Source: Candidatus Danuiimicrobium aquiferis
GTDB taxonomy: Bacteria; Omnitrophota; Omnitrophia; Omnitrophales; Danuiimicrobiaceae
Length of the DNA stretch: 64,000 nt
Reading direction: 5' to 3'
Assembly (NCBI GenBank): GCA_001804285.1
Contig: MHFR01000051.1
Span: 46,926 to 110,925 of the forward strand
Made by a program: the position numbers and the translations under genes. The first letter of the stretch is position 1. Each line of letters opens with the position of its first letter. The notes below the pieces were generated by a model. The model was not told the DNA's origin and did not search any database. It saw only the letters and a list, made by a program, of their open reading frames with translations. Shown piece by piece: positions 9,579 to 19,858 of the stretch.

Positions 9579-10868
9579 TTATCTCCCTATCGAATAATAT
9601 CGGAATCCCAGCTTTTCCATTTCAGCGGGACTGTAAATATTCCGCCCGTCAATGACGATGGGACGCTTGAGTAGCTTCTTGACCTTTTTTAAATCTAATT
9701 CCCTGAATTCATTCCACTCCGTTAAAACGAGCATCGCATCCGCGCCCTTGACGGCGTCGTATGGATTCTTTGCGTATTGTATTCCCTTAAAAACCTTTTT
9801 GGCTTCCGCGATGGCTTGCGGATCATAGGCTTTAATTTTCACGCCGTCTTCCTGTAGCTTGTTGATAATGTCAATCGACGGCGCAAAACGCATATCTTCC
9901 GTATCGGGTTTAAATGATAGCCCAAGCACCCCAACGGTTTTTCCGGAAAGATTCCAGAGCGACTGCTCAACTAATTTTACGAAATTTATTTTTTGTGCAT
10001 CGTTTACATTTAATACTTCGCGGAGCAAATTACACGGCACCCCTAATTTTTCGCCGATTCTGATAAATGCCGATAAGTCTTTCGGGAAACAAAACCCGCC
10101 AAAACCGATGCCAGGATTGAGAAATGATTTCGAAATCCGAGTGTCCGCACCGATTCCTTCAGCGACCCGCATCACGTCTGCCCCGACCTTTTTGCAAATC
10201 TGCCCTACCATATTAATAAAAGAAATTTTCATCGCGAGAAATGAATTGGACGCGTGTTTGATTAATTCCGCACTACGGATATCCGTTATGATTATCGGTG
10301 CGCGGAAAGGTTTGTACACATCTTTCAGAATTTTTTCTGCCCGCTTACTTTCGGTGCCGACGACAATCCGGTCCGGATTAAAGAAATCGTACACTGCATT
10401 TCCCTCGCGCAAGAATTCCGGATTCGATGCCACGTCAAACGGAACGTTTTTTCTGATGTTTTCGGCGATGGTCCGTTTGAGTTGCATACCGGTTTCAACC
10501 GGAACGGTGCTTTTTTCAACGATCAAGCGGTATTTTGTTAAACACGCTGCAATGGAATAAGCCACGTGTTCAACAGCAGTCAAGTCAGCATCTCCGCCCT
10601 CGCGCGGTGGTGTCCCAACGCAGATAAACAAGATCTCGGCAAACTTAACGGCTTCGCGAATGCTTGTGGTAAAAATGAGTCTTTTTTTTAAGCGGTTTTT
10701 CTTAAGAAGTTCACTTAAACCGGGTTCATATATAGGAACGCCACCTTTTTTAAGGAGTTGAATTTTTTTCACATCCTGATCCATGCAAATCACATGATTG
10801 CCCAAATCGGCAAAACATGCAGCCGTGACTAATCCCACGTGCCCGGAACCGATAATTCCAATGTTCAT
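9579..10868 (-). CDS. ugd: UDP-glucose 6-dehydrogenase
   Basis: IGSGHVG, CVGTP, KSTVP, NPEFLREG, GFGGFCFPKD; start moved to ATG 10868, after an RBS-like GGAAGG. Confidence 0.95.
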   Translation of the reverse strand: MNIGIIGSGHVGLVTAACFADLGNHVICMDQDVKKIQLLKKGGVPIYEPGLSELLKKNRLKKRLIFTTSIREAVKFAEILFICVGTPPREGGDADLTAVEHVAYSIAACLTKYRLIVEKSTVPVETGMQLKRTIAENIRKNVPFDVASNPEFLREGNAVYDFFNPDRIVVGTESKRAEKILKDVYKPFRAPIIITDIRSAELIKHASNSFLAMKISFINMVGQICKKVGADVMRVAEGIGADTRISKSFLNPGIGFGGFCFPKDLSAFIRIGEKLGVPCNLLREVLNVNDAQKINFVKLVEQSLWNLSGKTVGVLGLSFKPDTEDMRFAPSIDIINKLQEDGVKIKAYDPQAIAEAKKVFKGIQYAKNPYDAVKGADAMLVLTEWNEFRELDLKKVKKLLKRPIVIDGRNIYSPAEMEKLGFRYYSIGR

Positions 10869-10878
10869 ATGCCTTCCT

Positions 10879-13197
10879 TTATACTGTTGTGGTTGATTGA
10901 ATAGCGGAGCGATCCGGAACGGTAGTAACCCAATCCCCCAGCCCAGTACCCTGCGATGAGCCTTCAATGGTATCGCTGATTCGAGGATTGGAATAAGAAG
11001 CTCGGTGTCCCGTGTGAAGATTGATAGCCGGGTAAGCTTTTAGGATTAATTCAACAAATATTTCTTTATTAAGCTGTTTGTCGGCGGCTGTTCTTTCTGA
11101 GTTCCGGACATTCAAGCCGAAGTCGAGCCACCAGTCGTGCAGGTCTCGGCGTGCCCGCAATTCCCATTCTTGCCAGTCAGCTTCTGTGGCTTCGTAGCGC
11201 GCATAACTGCCCAAACTCCAGCGGCTATTTAATTTATACATCGCATCCACGGTGATTTGGTTATCTTTGTTATCAATGGTTCCGGATGTTTCACGTGTCT
11301 TAATATATCGATGGCCAATGGCCAAAAAAAGATTCCCCGGCTCAAAAATTGCGTCGATATTATTAGAAGAAACATTTTGAGAAACGAAATCATAACGTGT
11401 ATCCATTCGGAATGAGAGCCAGTCGTACGGCCTTAAAATGATTTCCTGACGGGCTTCCGTGAATTTATCGGCGCCCGTTCTGGAAGTTTCATTGTGCGGG
11501 CCGAATGAAAGGTCAAGGTATGTATTAAAACTGACTAAATCGACTCGCTGCAGCTGCTCCCCGACGACGTGTTTTGTTTGAATCCGGTTTTCCACACCGA
11601 ACGTAATGACATCCTGAAGGCCAAGATTATCTCCGCGACCCGTCGCAACGACATCAGAAATTTTCTTTGTTACGATTTGGTTTCCGCTAAAGGAAACCAG
11701 AGGCCGCATTAAATGACGGAGTTGATTAATTTCGATTCCTCCAAATTTTCCTTTCGTATCCCATGTTCTATAAAATTTCGTATTGAGATCGATTCCCGAT
11801 CCCGCAGAATACCGGTTAGCGGCGGCTTTTGTGACGCGATCTTTCGTGTAAATGTCATCACGCATATAAACGTAGGGAATGAGATTGTAATGCTTCATGA
11901 TTCGAAACGGATAGGAAATTTCTTGATCCGTGTAAAACTGAACGGTGTTGGGACCATCAGGAGCAAATCTCTGTTTTTGGTTAAAATTAACAAAACCTTC
12001 TTCGTTGGTGTAATAAAATCCTGTCCCAAAAAGAGGTTTTCGCAACCAATCAAAAATAATTTCAGGTGTTTTTTCGCCAACGGTAGAGAAATCGTTCGTT
12101 CTTTTTTGGAAGTTAGCAAGTAAACTATATTGCCGTGCATTCCGGACAATGCTGATGAGAGATTTCGGATCAATTTCTTCGCGGTATTCTCCCTCGAAAA
12201 AGTCCTGCAAAAAGCGTTCATCGCTAATTTCGTTCCATTGCACATCAAGTACCGTGAGCGGATCGAGGCGCATCTTATGATTAATGGTGACTCGTCCTCG
12301 ATATTCCTTTGTTTTTTTCGTGTACGGATTCGTTTCTTTTTCATCCGGAGTTTTTTTGTCATGAATTCCGTATAATTTGATCTGTCCGACTCCTGCACGC
12401 TCAAACTTATAATCAAAATCCACGCCCGCACCGAAGCCCCGTTTTTGATAATAGTCTAAATGCGCAGTGCCTTTGATATTCTTATTAATCGAGAAACCCT
12501 TAGAAGTTAAAACGTAAGCGCCAAAGTCATCGGAATAACCCGGTTGAACATTTAACATGGTGTCATGATTGAGCGGCATTTGGAAATAAGGCCACCAAAA
12601 AACCGGCGTTTCTAAAATCCGGAATGTCACGTTTGTTGCGACAATTTTATCATCGGGATAAATGGTTACATTTTTGGCGTGAATATCGTAATGAGGATGG
12701 GACATGTTACAAGACGTGAAATACGCATCGTGGGCTTTAACTTTGCCTTTGTTGATTTGTTCAATTTTCTCGGCGTATCCATACCATGGATATTGATATA
12801 GCCGCGCGTTATCAAACGTTCCCTTTCGGTCATCGAAATCAAAGTAGGCGCTCTCGCCCGAAATCAGACTATCCTTTCCTTGCCTTAGAACCACGTGCCC
12901 TTTTGACCAACCTTCTTTTGTATCCACGTTAATTGAAACATTATCCGCCGTTAGTTCGATATCGTCCTGTGTCACAACGGCATTTCCGACCCCGATTAAC
13001 TTTCGATTTTGCCGATCAAACTGCAAATCGTCGGCAACTGCTTTAATCTGGTCTTGCTCGATTAAAGTTTCCGAATAAGCTTTGACTAAACAAAGAAAAG
13101 CGAAGATGAGTCCGCACAAAAACGCAAGTGCACGATACCACTTACTCTTTTCATTTAACTTCTGATTGATTCTGTCGGCAGAAAAACTCTCACGCAT
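10879..13197 (-). CDS. lptD: LPS assembly protein LptD (OstA N-domain plus beta-barrel)
   Basis: N-terminal hydrophobic segment, OstA-like jelly-roll region with FTSC..PHY, then amphipathic beta-strands, RRDLHDW. Confidence 0.8.
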   Translation of the reverse strand: MRESFSADRINQKLNEKSKWYRALAFLCGLIFAFLCLVKAYSETLIEQDQIKAVADDLQFDRQNRKLIGVGNAVVTQDDIELTADNVSINVDTKEGWSKGHVVLRQGKDSLISGESAYFDFDDRKGTFDNARLYQYPWYGYAEKIEQINKGKVKAHDAYFTSCNMSHPHYDIHAKNVTIYPDDKIVATNVTFRILETPVFWWPYFQMPLNHDTMLNVQPGYSDDFGAYVLTSKGFSINKNIKGTAHLDYYQKRGFGAGVDFDYKFERAGVGQIKLYGIHDKKTPDEKETNPYTKKTKEYRGRVTINHKMRLDPLTVLDVQWNEISDERFLQDFFEGEYREEIDPKSLISIVRNARQYSLLANFQKRTNDFSTVGEKTPEIIFDWLRKPLFGTGFYYTNEEGFVNFNQKQRFAPDGPNTVQFYTDQEISYPFRIMKHYNLIPYVYMRDDIYTKDRVTKAAANRYSAGSGIDLNTKFYRTWDTKGKFGGIEINQLRHLMRPLVSFSGNQIVTKKISDVVATGRGDNLGLQDVITFGVENRIQTKHVVGEQLQRVDLVSFNTYLDLSFGPHNETSRTGADKFTEARQEIILRPYDWLSFRMDTRYDFVSQNVSSNNIDAIFEPGNLFLAIGHRYIKTRETSGTIDNKDNQITVDAMYKLNSRWSLGSYARYEATEADWQEWELRARRDLHDWWLDFGLNVRNSERTAADKQLNKEIFVELILKAYPAINLHTGHRASYSNPRISDTIEGSSQGTGLGDWVTTVPDRSAIQSTTTV

Positions 13198-14602
13198 ACG
13201 CAACAACCCTATTTCGCCCTTCTTCTTTAGCGCGATAAAGCGCTTGGTCGGCTTTTTGAATCAGTTCATCCATGATCGCCTGCTGATTATTTTCATCGCC
13301 CGATTTTTCCAGATCATCCGGAAACGCACTCGTTCCAATGCTCACCGTCATTTTAATTTCTTCGTCATAAATCCGCAAATGTTTGCGCGCAACCGAAGAC
13401 CGGATACGTTCGGCCAATTCCATGCTTTTACTTTTATCAATTTCGGGAGCGACAATGATGAATTCTTCCCCGCCAAACCGGCCCAACACGTCGACTCGCC
13501 GGATATTTTCGCGAATGACCTGCGCGACCTGCCGCAAAGCTTTATCGCCCACCAGATGACCGAATTTATCATTATAACTTTTGAAATGATCAACGTCTAC
13601 CATTAAAACGGATAATGGGAATTTGTAACGCAAGGCGCGCCCTAATTCTTCTTCAAAACGTTCCATGAAGTGCCGGCGAACAAAAATTTTTGTTAATCCG
13701 TCGAGAATTGAAATTTCTTTGACGGTTTCATAGAGCTGAATTTTCTGAATTTGCAATGCAAGCTGCGATGCCATGATTTCAAACTTGGGAAAATCCGACA
13801 TGTTCCCTCCCTCGATTACCACGAGTGCGATTGGTTTTTGTTTTACGAGGAGTGGAAATATCCAAAGTGGCATTTCGATTTCGAGAGAGCTCTTATCGAG
13901 AGTGCCATGATCTGATTTTTTTTCAAACTTAATGACTTGGGACGACCCTGTTAGAACTTCCAGACAGAGTTTTGCAAATTCGAGATTTTCTTCGTCATTT
14001 AAGCGTTTATGGTTTCCGAAAGAAAAGACATGCCTGACCTGTTCAGAAACTCCTTCTGTATTTTCGGATAAAATGATAGTCCCTGCAGAAAAAGCCACCT
14101 CCGGTGTCATTTTGCGGTCAATCGCCTGTAGTAATTCCGAGAAGCTTAAACAATCATTAAAATCCCGGGCCATTTCGAAAACCTTGATTAAACCGCTCAC
14201 CTGTCTTTCCAGATAGTTCAAGCTTTCAATCCGGGCATCATAGCGATCTTTGATGGCCTGCATTTCATTAATCGTATTTTGCTTTTTTTCCCCGGACCGT
14301 AGTATTGTTTTCTCCCAAATCTTTTGATGCAAGTAATAGGTGCATAACAAGCCGCTGATAGCCACGGGGATTACTAAATAAAAAAGATTCATGGTTTTAA
14401 TTAACGAAATCGCCATTGCCAGTAAAAGCAAATTTGCCACGAATATTAAAAGGGCCATTTGTTTTCGCATCCACAGCACCAGCATGATTAAAAAAAACGG
14501 AGGCAAAAAGAAAAATAGTTTCGAGGGGTCTTTAAAGGCGGCAATTTGAGCCCACATGAGGAAAGCAATCAAGCTCGTTAAAAGACAGATGCGCTTCAAC
14601 AT
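13190..14602 (-). CDS. Membrane GAF-GGDEF diguanylate cyclase (intact RxxD I-site)
   Basis: N-terminal TM helices, DGLT, DVDHFK, RRVDVLGRFGGEEF. Confidence 0.92.
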   Translation of the reverse strand: MLKRICLLTSLIAFLMWAQIAAFKDPSKLFFFLPPFFLIMLVLWMRKQMALLIFVANLLLLAMAISLIKTMNLFYLVIPVAISGLLCTYYLHQKIWEKTILRSGEKKQNTINEMQAIKDRYDARIESLNYLERQVSGLIKVFEMARDFNDCLSFSELLQAIDRKMTPEVAFSAGTIILSENTEGVSEQVRHVFSFGNHKRLNDEENLEFAKLCLEVLTGSSQVIKFEKKSDHGTLDKSSLEIEMPLWIFPLLVKQKPIALVVIEGGNMSDFPKFEIMASQLALQIQKIQLYETVKEISILDGLTKIFVRRHFMERFEEELGRALRYKFPLSVLMVDVDHFKSYNDKFGHLVGDKALRQVAQVIRENIRRVDVLGRFGGEEFIIVAPEIDKSKSMELAERIRSSVARKHLRIYDEEIKMTVSIGTSAFPDDLEKSGDENNQQAIMDELIQKADQALYRAKEEGRNRVVAYA

Positions 14603-16086
14603 ACTTTATTCCTGCCTTGTTTCTTTGCTTGATAGAGGCGCTTATCCGCAATTTGGATTAACTCTTCCGAATCAAGTGTGTCATCCGGAATTGAAGCTAC
14701 GCCGATAGAAACGGTGATCGGAATGAATTCACGACGGACGGAAATTTCAAGTTTTGAAACTTTTTCCCGGATCGATTCGGCAAGCGCAAGCCCCTCCTTG
14801 ATTCCGACCTTGGGAAGAAGAATTGCAAATTCTTCTCCGCCGTAACGGGCCACAATCGCATGACTCGCTTCTTTCGCGAGAAGCTCGGCGGTCTTGATAA
14901 GAATAAAATCTCCAATTCCATGGCCATATTTGTCGTTACATTTTTTAAAATGATCAAGATCGCACATCAGAAGCGTCATGGGCGCGTTTGTCAATAAACT
15001 GCGCTTATGTTCGTCCGCGAGGCGCTCCAAGAAATGCCGGTGAACATATAAATTAGTCAGTGAATCGCGGATTGCAAGTTCTTCCGTTTTTCGGAATAGA
15101 ATAGAATTTGATATGGCTGATGACGCCAACATGGACACAGCATCCAGCAGTCGCAAATCGTCGGTCGCAAAGGTTTCGGGTTCTCTCGCGTTTACACGGA
15201 GCGTGCCGACAACCTTCCCTTCATGTAAAAGAGGGGACGCAATGACACTCCTGACGTTTTCAAGGGAAGATGCTTTTTTCATATCGAAGCGGAAATCTTT
15301 CACCGTGTCTGAGATAAGCAACGATTGTTTGTTGCGCAGGATCCAATAGTCAAAAATATCCCCCATTTTCGCTTTCATTTTTTTGTCTCCGGCCGGGCTT
15401 TTGGCCGAGATGAGGGATAAATTTTCATTTTCAGCATCTGCGAGAAACAAAAAACACCAATTTCCTCGTTGGATTAATTCGATTGTTCTGGAGACGATGA
15501 TATCGCTGAGTTCTGAGAGTGATAGACTGGTTGAAAACTCATTTGCGATATTTCGGAGATTATAGTAACTCGCATATTTCTCGAAAGAAACGCTAATGCT
15601 CGTCCCCTTCTCTTTATAGGAAAGCTCAAGATCATTTCGCTCATTGATTGCTTTTTCAATTTCAATTTCATCTGCAATCATTTCTGTCTCCCGTAAACGG
15701 TCGTAGTACATGAGCAACGCAAACAGGATGATTTGCCCCAGAGCGAACACCATGAAATAAACATTAGACGTGAGACTAAATGTTAAAATAGAAAAGAAAA
15801 TTCCCGCGATAAAAAAAAAGATGGCCCCATTTCTCCGGAACGCCAACCATGAAAACAGGGTCGGCATCATAAATAAAAACCCGATCAAGCCCAGATAAAT
15901 TTGTTGAGGCTCGGGAGAAGATCGATATTGGTTGAGTACGTAAATATTGATGACGGCCAAAACAATAACGCTGCATATTGCAAAAAGGAGAAAGATTTTG
16001 CGCTCTATATTCTGAAACTGGAAAACAACACCTTTATCCATTTGATTTAGCACCTTTGAATCGCCAATTAATTCATACTGCGTCAT
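14596..16086 (-). CDS. Membrane GAF-GGDEF diguanylate cyclase (no I-site)
   Basis: N-terminal TM helices, GAF domain, DSLT, DLDHFK, SHAIVARYGGEEF. Confidence 0.92.
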   Translation of the reverse strand: MTQYELIGDSKVLNQMDKGVVFQFQNIERKIFLLFAICSVIVLAVINIYVLNQYRSSPEPQQIYLGLIGFLFMMPTLFSWLAFRRNGAIFFFIAGIFFSILTFSLTSNVYFMVFALGQIILFALLMYYDRLRETEMIADEIEIEKAINERNDLELSYKEKGTSISVSFEKYASYYNLRNIANEFSTSLSLSELSDIIVSRTIELIQRGNWCFLFLADAENENLSLISAKSPAGDKKMKAKMGDIFDYWILRNKQSLLISDTVKDFRFDMKKASSLENVRSVIASPLLHEGKVVGTLRVNAREPETFATDDLRLLDAVSMLASSAISNSILFRKTEELAIRDSLTNLYVHRHFLERLADEHKRSLLTNAPMTLLMCDLDHFKKCNDKYGHGIGDFILIKTAELLAKEASHAIVARYGGEEFAILLPKVGIKEGLALAESIREKVSKLEISVRREFIPITVSIGVASIPDDTLDSEELIQIADKRLYQAKKQGRNKVC

Positions 16087-16101
16087 TCCGTCAACTTGGA
16101 T

Positions 16102-17205
16102 TTAGAGGATGGCCTTTTCCGTTTTGGCATCGAAGAAGTGCGCTTTTGACATATCAAACACCAATTGAAGATCTTGATTAGCCGTTGCTGTATCCTGATT
16201 GCTGACGCGCGCAATAAAATTATTCCGGCCAACTGAAAAATACAAATAAATTTCAGATCCCATCGGCTCTACCAAATCAACGGTAGCGGTAATGGTAAAG
16301 TCATCGGAGGCATCCTGTGCAAACAACTTATCATAAACATCTTCCGGCCGAATTCCCAACAAGACATCTTGATTTAAATAGGGAGCAAGTAACGTTTCAT
16401 GCTGTTGTAACACTTTGAGCTTAATGCCATTGTCAACGAAATACAAAACACCGTTTTTCTTAATAAGCTTCCCGTTTAAGAAATTAACCGGCGGAGACCC
16501 GATAAAGCCGGCAACGAATTTATTGATAGGCGTTTCGTACAACCGGATCGGATCATCGATTTGCTGGATCAAACCATCTTTCATGACCACAATTCGATCG
16601 CCCAAGGTTAGCGCTTCGATTTGGTCGTGTGTCACATAAATCATGGTGGTTTGCAATCGTTTATGTAATTTCTGAATTTCCATGCGCATTTGGACGCGTA
16701 ATTTTGCGTCCAAATTGCTGAGGGGTTCGTCAAAGAGAAATACTTTTGGTTTCCGGACAATCGCACGCCCAACCGCTACGCGCTGCCGTTCCCCGCCGGA
16801 AAGTTCTTTTGGTTTTCGGCTCAGACGTTCGGTAATACCGAGAATCTCGGCAGCTTCTTTTACGCGACGGTCAATTTCCCGAGAAGGGAAATGCCTGAGT
16901 TTTAATCCGAATGCCATGTTATCATAAACTGTCATGTGGGGGTATAGCGCGTAGTTTTGGAAAACCATGGCGATGTCCCTATTCTTTGCCGGGACATCAT
17001 TGACGATTTGACCGTCTATCTGGATGGTCCCTTTCGTTACCTCTTCCAATCCCGCGACCATTCGAAGGGTCGTCGATTTTCCGCAACCGGACGGGCCGAC
17101 AAGAACGATAAATTCTTTATCCGCAATATTTAAATTAATATTATTGACCGCAACAACACGATTTGGATAAACTTTAAAAACGTCTTTTAAGACAACTTTT
17201 GCCAT
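16102..17205 (-). CDS. CUT1 sugar ABC transporter ATP-binding subunit (MalK/UgpC/MsmX-like, TOBE domain)
   Basis: GPSGCGKS, VFQNYALYPHM, LSGGERQR, DEPLSNLDAKLR. Confidence 0.95.
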   Translation of the reverse strand: MAKVVLKDVFKVYPNRVVAVNNINLNIADKEFIVLVGPSGCGKSTTLRMVAGLEEVTKGTIQIDGQIVNDVPAKNRDIAMVFQNYALYPHMTVYDNMAFGLKLRHFPSREIDRRVKEAAEILGITERLSRKPKELSGGERQRVAVGRAIVRKPKVFLFDEPLSNLDAKLRVQMRMEIQKLHKRLQTTMIYVTHDQIEALTLGDRIVVMKDGLIQQIDDPIRLYETPINKFVAGFIGSPPVNFLNGKLIKKNGVLYFVDNGIKLKVLQQHETLLAPYLNQDVLLGIRPEDVYDKLFAQDASDDFTITATVDLVEPMGSEIYLYFSVGRNNFIARVSNQDTATANQDLQLVFDMSKAHFFDAKTEKAIL

Positions 17206-17214
17206 TAGCGGTCC

Positions 17215-18039
17215 TTAATTTTTGTTGACGCCAAAATGAATGATTTGTGCAATCATTTGTTTTAAATCTTTTCTCTCAACAATTAAATCGATCAAACCGT
17301 GTTCCAATAAAAACTCGGAGGTTTGGAAATCGGGTGGTAATTTCTGACGGATTGTTTGCTCGATCACACGCGGCCCGGCAAACCCGATCAAGGCTTTTGG
17401 TTCAGCAATGATAAAATCTCCGAGTGAGGCAAAGCTGGCCATCACTCCGCCCATAGTCGGATGAGTTAAAATAGATAGATATGGAAGATGAGTTTCTGAG
17501 AAGCGCGCCAGTGCAGCTGACGTTTTCGCCATTTGCATTAAACTGAGAACCCCTTCATACATGCGTGCGCCCCCGCCCGAACCCGAAACAATGACTATCG
17601 GCAATTTTTCTTTGAGTGCATGTTCGATAGTCCTTGTAATTTTCTCGCCGACAACAGACCCCATCGAACCCATAATAAACCTTGAATCAGTGACAGCAAT
17701 GGCTATCGATACTTCATTGATCTTTCCGATGCCCGTGATAACAGCTTCGGAAAGGCCGGTTTTAACTTGGTCTTGTTTGATTTTTTGCGTATAGGATTTG
17801 GCGCCTTTAAAATTGAGAGGGTCTTCTGAGTATAAGTTTCCGAATAATTCGGTAAATGTGCCCGGGTCGATAATTTGCTCGAGCCTTTCGCGGGCGCCGA
17901 TCACATAATGATGCCGGCATTTCGGGCAGACCGAAAGATTCTCTCGTAAAGCCTTGGTATAGATCACGTGATTACATGAAGGACATTTTACCCAAAGCCC
18001 TTCAGGCACCCCTTTTTTCTTAACAGTCGCTTGAGCCAT
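17215..18039 (-). CDS. accD: Acetyl-CoA carboxylase carboxyltransferase beta subunit
   Basis: LWVKCPSC...VCPKC zinc finger, GSMGSVVGEK, GGARMxEG, FAGPRVIEQT. Confidence 0.97.
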   Translation of the reverse strand: MAQATVKKKGVPEGLWVKCPSCNHVIYTKALRENLSVCPKCRHHYVIGARERLEQIIDPGTFTELFGNLYSEDPLNFKGAKSYTQKIKQDQVKTGLSEAVITGIGKINEVSIAIAVTDSRFIMGSMGSVVGEKITRTIEHALKEKLPIVIVSGSGGGARMYEGVLSLMQMAKTSAALARFSETHLPYLSILTHPTMGGVMASFASLGDFIIAEPKALIGFAGPRVIEQTIRQKLPPDFQTSEFLLEHGLIDLIVERKDLKQMIAQIIHFGVNKN

Positions 18040-18121
18040 TAAGTATCCCCAGCATCACGTTAACGTGGTCTTTTTGAGTGTGTACTTCTTACTTATAAGT
18101 TATAGGCACTAAAATAAGCAG

Positions 18122-18149
18122 ATTATATTCAACCCTTCCCCGTTGTCAA
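18122..18149 (-). promoter_or_regulatory. Consensus sigma70 promoter for the accD run
   Basis: Minus strand TTGACA-16 nt-TATAAT; both hexamers are exact. Confidence 0.75.
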
Positions 18150-18229
18150 TCTTTTCATAACATTCTGTAGCACTTTCATTTAGAAAAAAAATGATGCTTA
18201 ATTTCCCATAAAATAATTTTTTGCTATTT

Positions 18230-18258
18230 TTGACATTTTTTCAAAAAAGTGCTACATT
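18230..18258 (+). promoter_or_regulatory. Sigma70 promoter of rpoN (extended -10)
   Basis: TTGACA 18230-18235, 17-nt spacer ending TGC, TACATT 18253-18258; ATG at 18265. Confidence 0.7.
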
Positions 18259-18264
18259 TCTTGC

Positions 18265-19701
18265 ATGGATGTTAAGCTGACACAAAATCAAACCCAGAAG
18301 CTTATACTAATACCCCAGTTACGGCAATTTCTAGAACTCCTTGAGATTCCATCGATTGAGCTAATCCAGAGAATCGAGCAAGAACTGGTCCAGAATCCAA
18401 CGCTTGAAGAAAAAAAGTCAGAAGAACAAATCGAACTTCAGGAATCGTCTAAAGAAGAGGAAATTCCGTCAAATGAAAGAGATGAAACGATGCGTGAATA
18501 TCTCGAGGCCATGGACGCGTCTTCCGAAGCGAATCACAACGACGGCTCACTTCAGGATTTGTCGTTTGCATTACCGGCAGATATTCAGAAAAAACAACTC
18601 TATCGGGAGTCTCTACTCACCAACAATCGATCACTTGCGAATTATTTAGAAGGGCAGTTGGGAGTTCTTGACCTTTCCCCCGATGAGTCTAAAATCGCGA
18701 AAGAAGTTATCGGCAATATTGATGATGAAGGCCGGTTGGTTGCGACCAACGAAGAAATAGCAAAAGCCACTTCTTCGACGGCGGAGATTGTTGAAGAAAT
18801 CATCAAAAAAATTCAGCGATTAGACCCACCGGGGGTGGGCGGAAGGAATCTCCAGGAGACTTTGCTTTTGCAACTGCAAAGAAAATCCGGCGATACATCG
18901 TTAACGCGGACGATTGTCGAAAAATATATGCCGCAGCTTGAAAAAAAACAATTTGATCTGATTGCCAGAAGTCTGTCTGTTTCGGCGGAAAAAGTTAAAG
19001 CGGCCTACCGGCAAATCATTGAATTAGAACCGTATCCTGGCCGCATTTTTTTGCAGGACACCTCTCAGGTGATCGTTCCTGACGCCATCGTTGTTCCCAA
19101 TCCAGAAAATGAGGACGAATTTTTAATTGATGTTACCAATGACTATATTCCCCAGCTTCGGATCAATCCCCTCTACCGTCAAATGTTGAAAGACAAGACC
19201 ACGGATCCGGCGACCCGTCAATTTTTAAGAGAAAAAATTCAGGCAGGGCTCGATCTCATCCGGGCCATTCTGCAGAGGAAATCAACCATTCGTCAAATCA
19301 CAGAAGAGCTTGTTCAGAGGCAAAAGGATTTCTTCTCGCTCGGGTTTTCGCATCTCAGGCCTTTGCGCTTGAAAGATATTTCCGAGAAAATTGGTGTTCA
19401 CGAATCAACGGTGAGCCGGGCCATTCAAAATAAATATATTTCAACTCCGCAAGGGACCATTCCCTACAAAAGTTTCTTTTCGTCAAAAATGGAGTCTGAA
19501 AACGGATCGAATGAGTCTCAAAAAAGCGTGATGGAAAGATTAAAGCATATGATCGCGAGCGAAAATAAGTCAAAGCCTTACAGTGATGCGGAGCTCGTTA
19601 AAATGCTCGATAAGGACGGTATTAAAATTTCAAGAAGGACCGTTGCGAAGTACCGCGATCGATTAAAGCTTTTACCCACCTATTTGAGGAAAGAACGATA
19701 A
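18265..19701 (+). CDS. rpoN: RNA polymerase sigma-54 factor
   Basis: Gln/Leu-rich region I, DPPGVGGRNLQE, VHESTVSR HTH, RpoN box SRRTVAKYR. Confidence 0.97.
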   Translation: MDVKLTQNQTQKLILIPQLRQFLELLEIPSIELIQRIEQELVQNPTLEEKKSEEQIELQESSKEEEIPSNERDETMREYLEAMDASSEANHNDGSLQDLSFALPADIQKKQLYRESLLTNNRSLANYLEGQLGVLDLSPDESKIAKEVIGNIDDEGRLVATNEEIAKATSSTAEIVEEIIKKIQRLDPPGVGGRNLQETLLLQLQRKSGDTSLTRTIVEKYMPQLEKKQFDLIARSLSVSAEKVKAAYRQIIELEPYPGRIFLQDTSQVIVPDAIVVPNPENEDEFLIDVTNDYIPQLRINPLYRQMLKDKTTDPATRQFLREKIQAGLDLIRAILQRKSTIRQITEELVQRQKDFFSLGFSHLRPLRLKDISEKIGVHESTVSRAIQNKYISTPQGTIPYKSFFSSKMESENGSNESQKSVMERLKHMIASENKSKPYSDAELVKMLDKDGIKISRRTVAKYRDRLKLLPTYLRKER

Positions 19702-19829
19702 TTGTATGTATATGTGATAGTCTGCGGTTTTATAATGACTTGTATAGCCCACGTCTCTTCCCCCTTTGACTGAAGCTTATTTTGAGATCTTTTAGTGATT
19801 TAATAAGTGTCAGATTTTTTTCACTAAAT

Positions 19830-19858
19830 TTGCACGGAGGCACAGGTGGTGTTAACCT
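19830..19858 (+). promoter_or_regulatory. Putative sigma70 promoter of the pilin array
   Basis: TTGCAC-17-TAACCT with an extended -10 TG. Confidence 0.45.

Noticed and set aside
19838-19852. Sigma54 promoter for the pilin array (AGGCAC-N5-GTGT)
   Set aside because: The -12 GC is missing; an overlapping sigma70-like promoter fits better.
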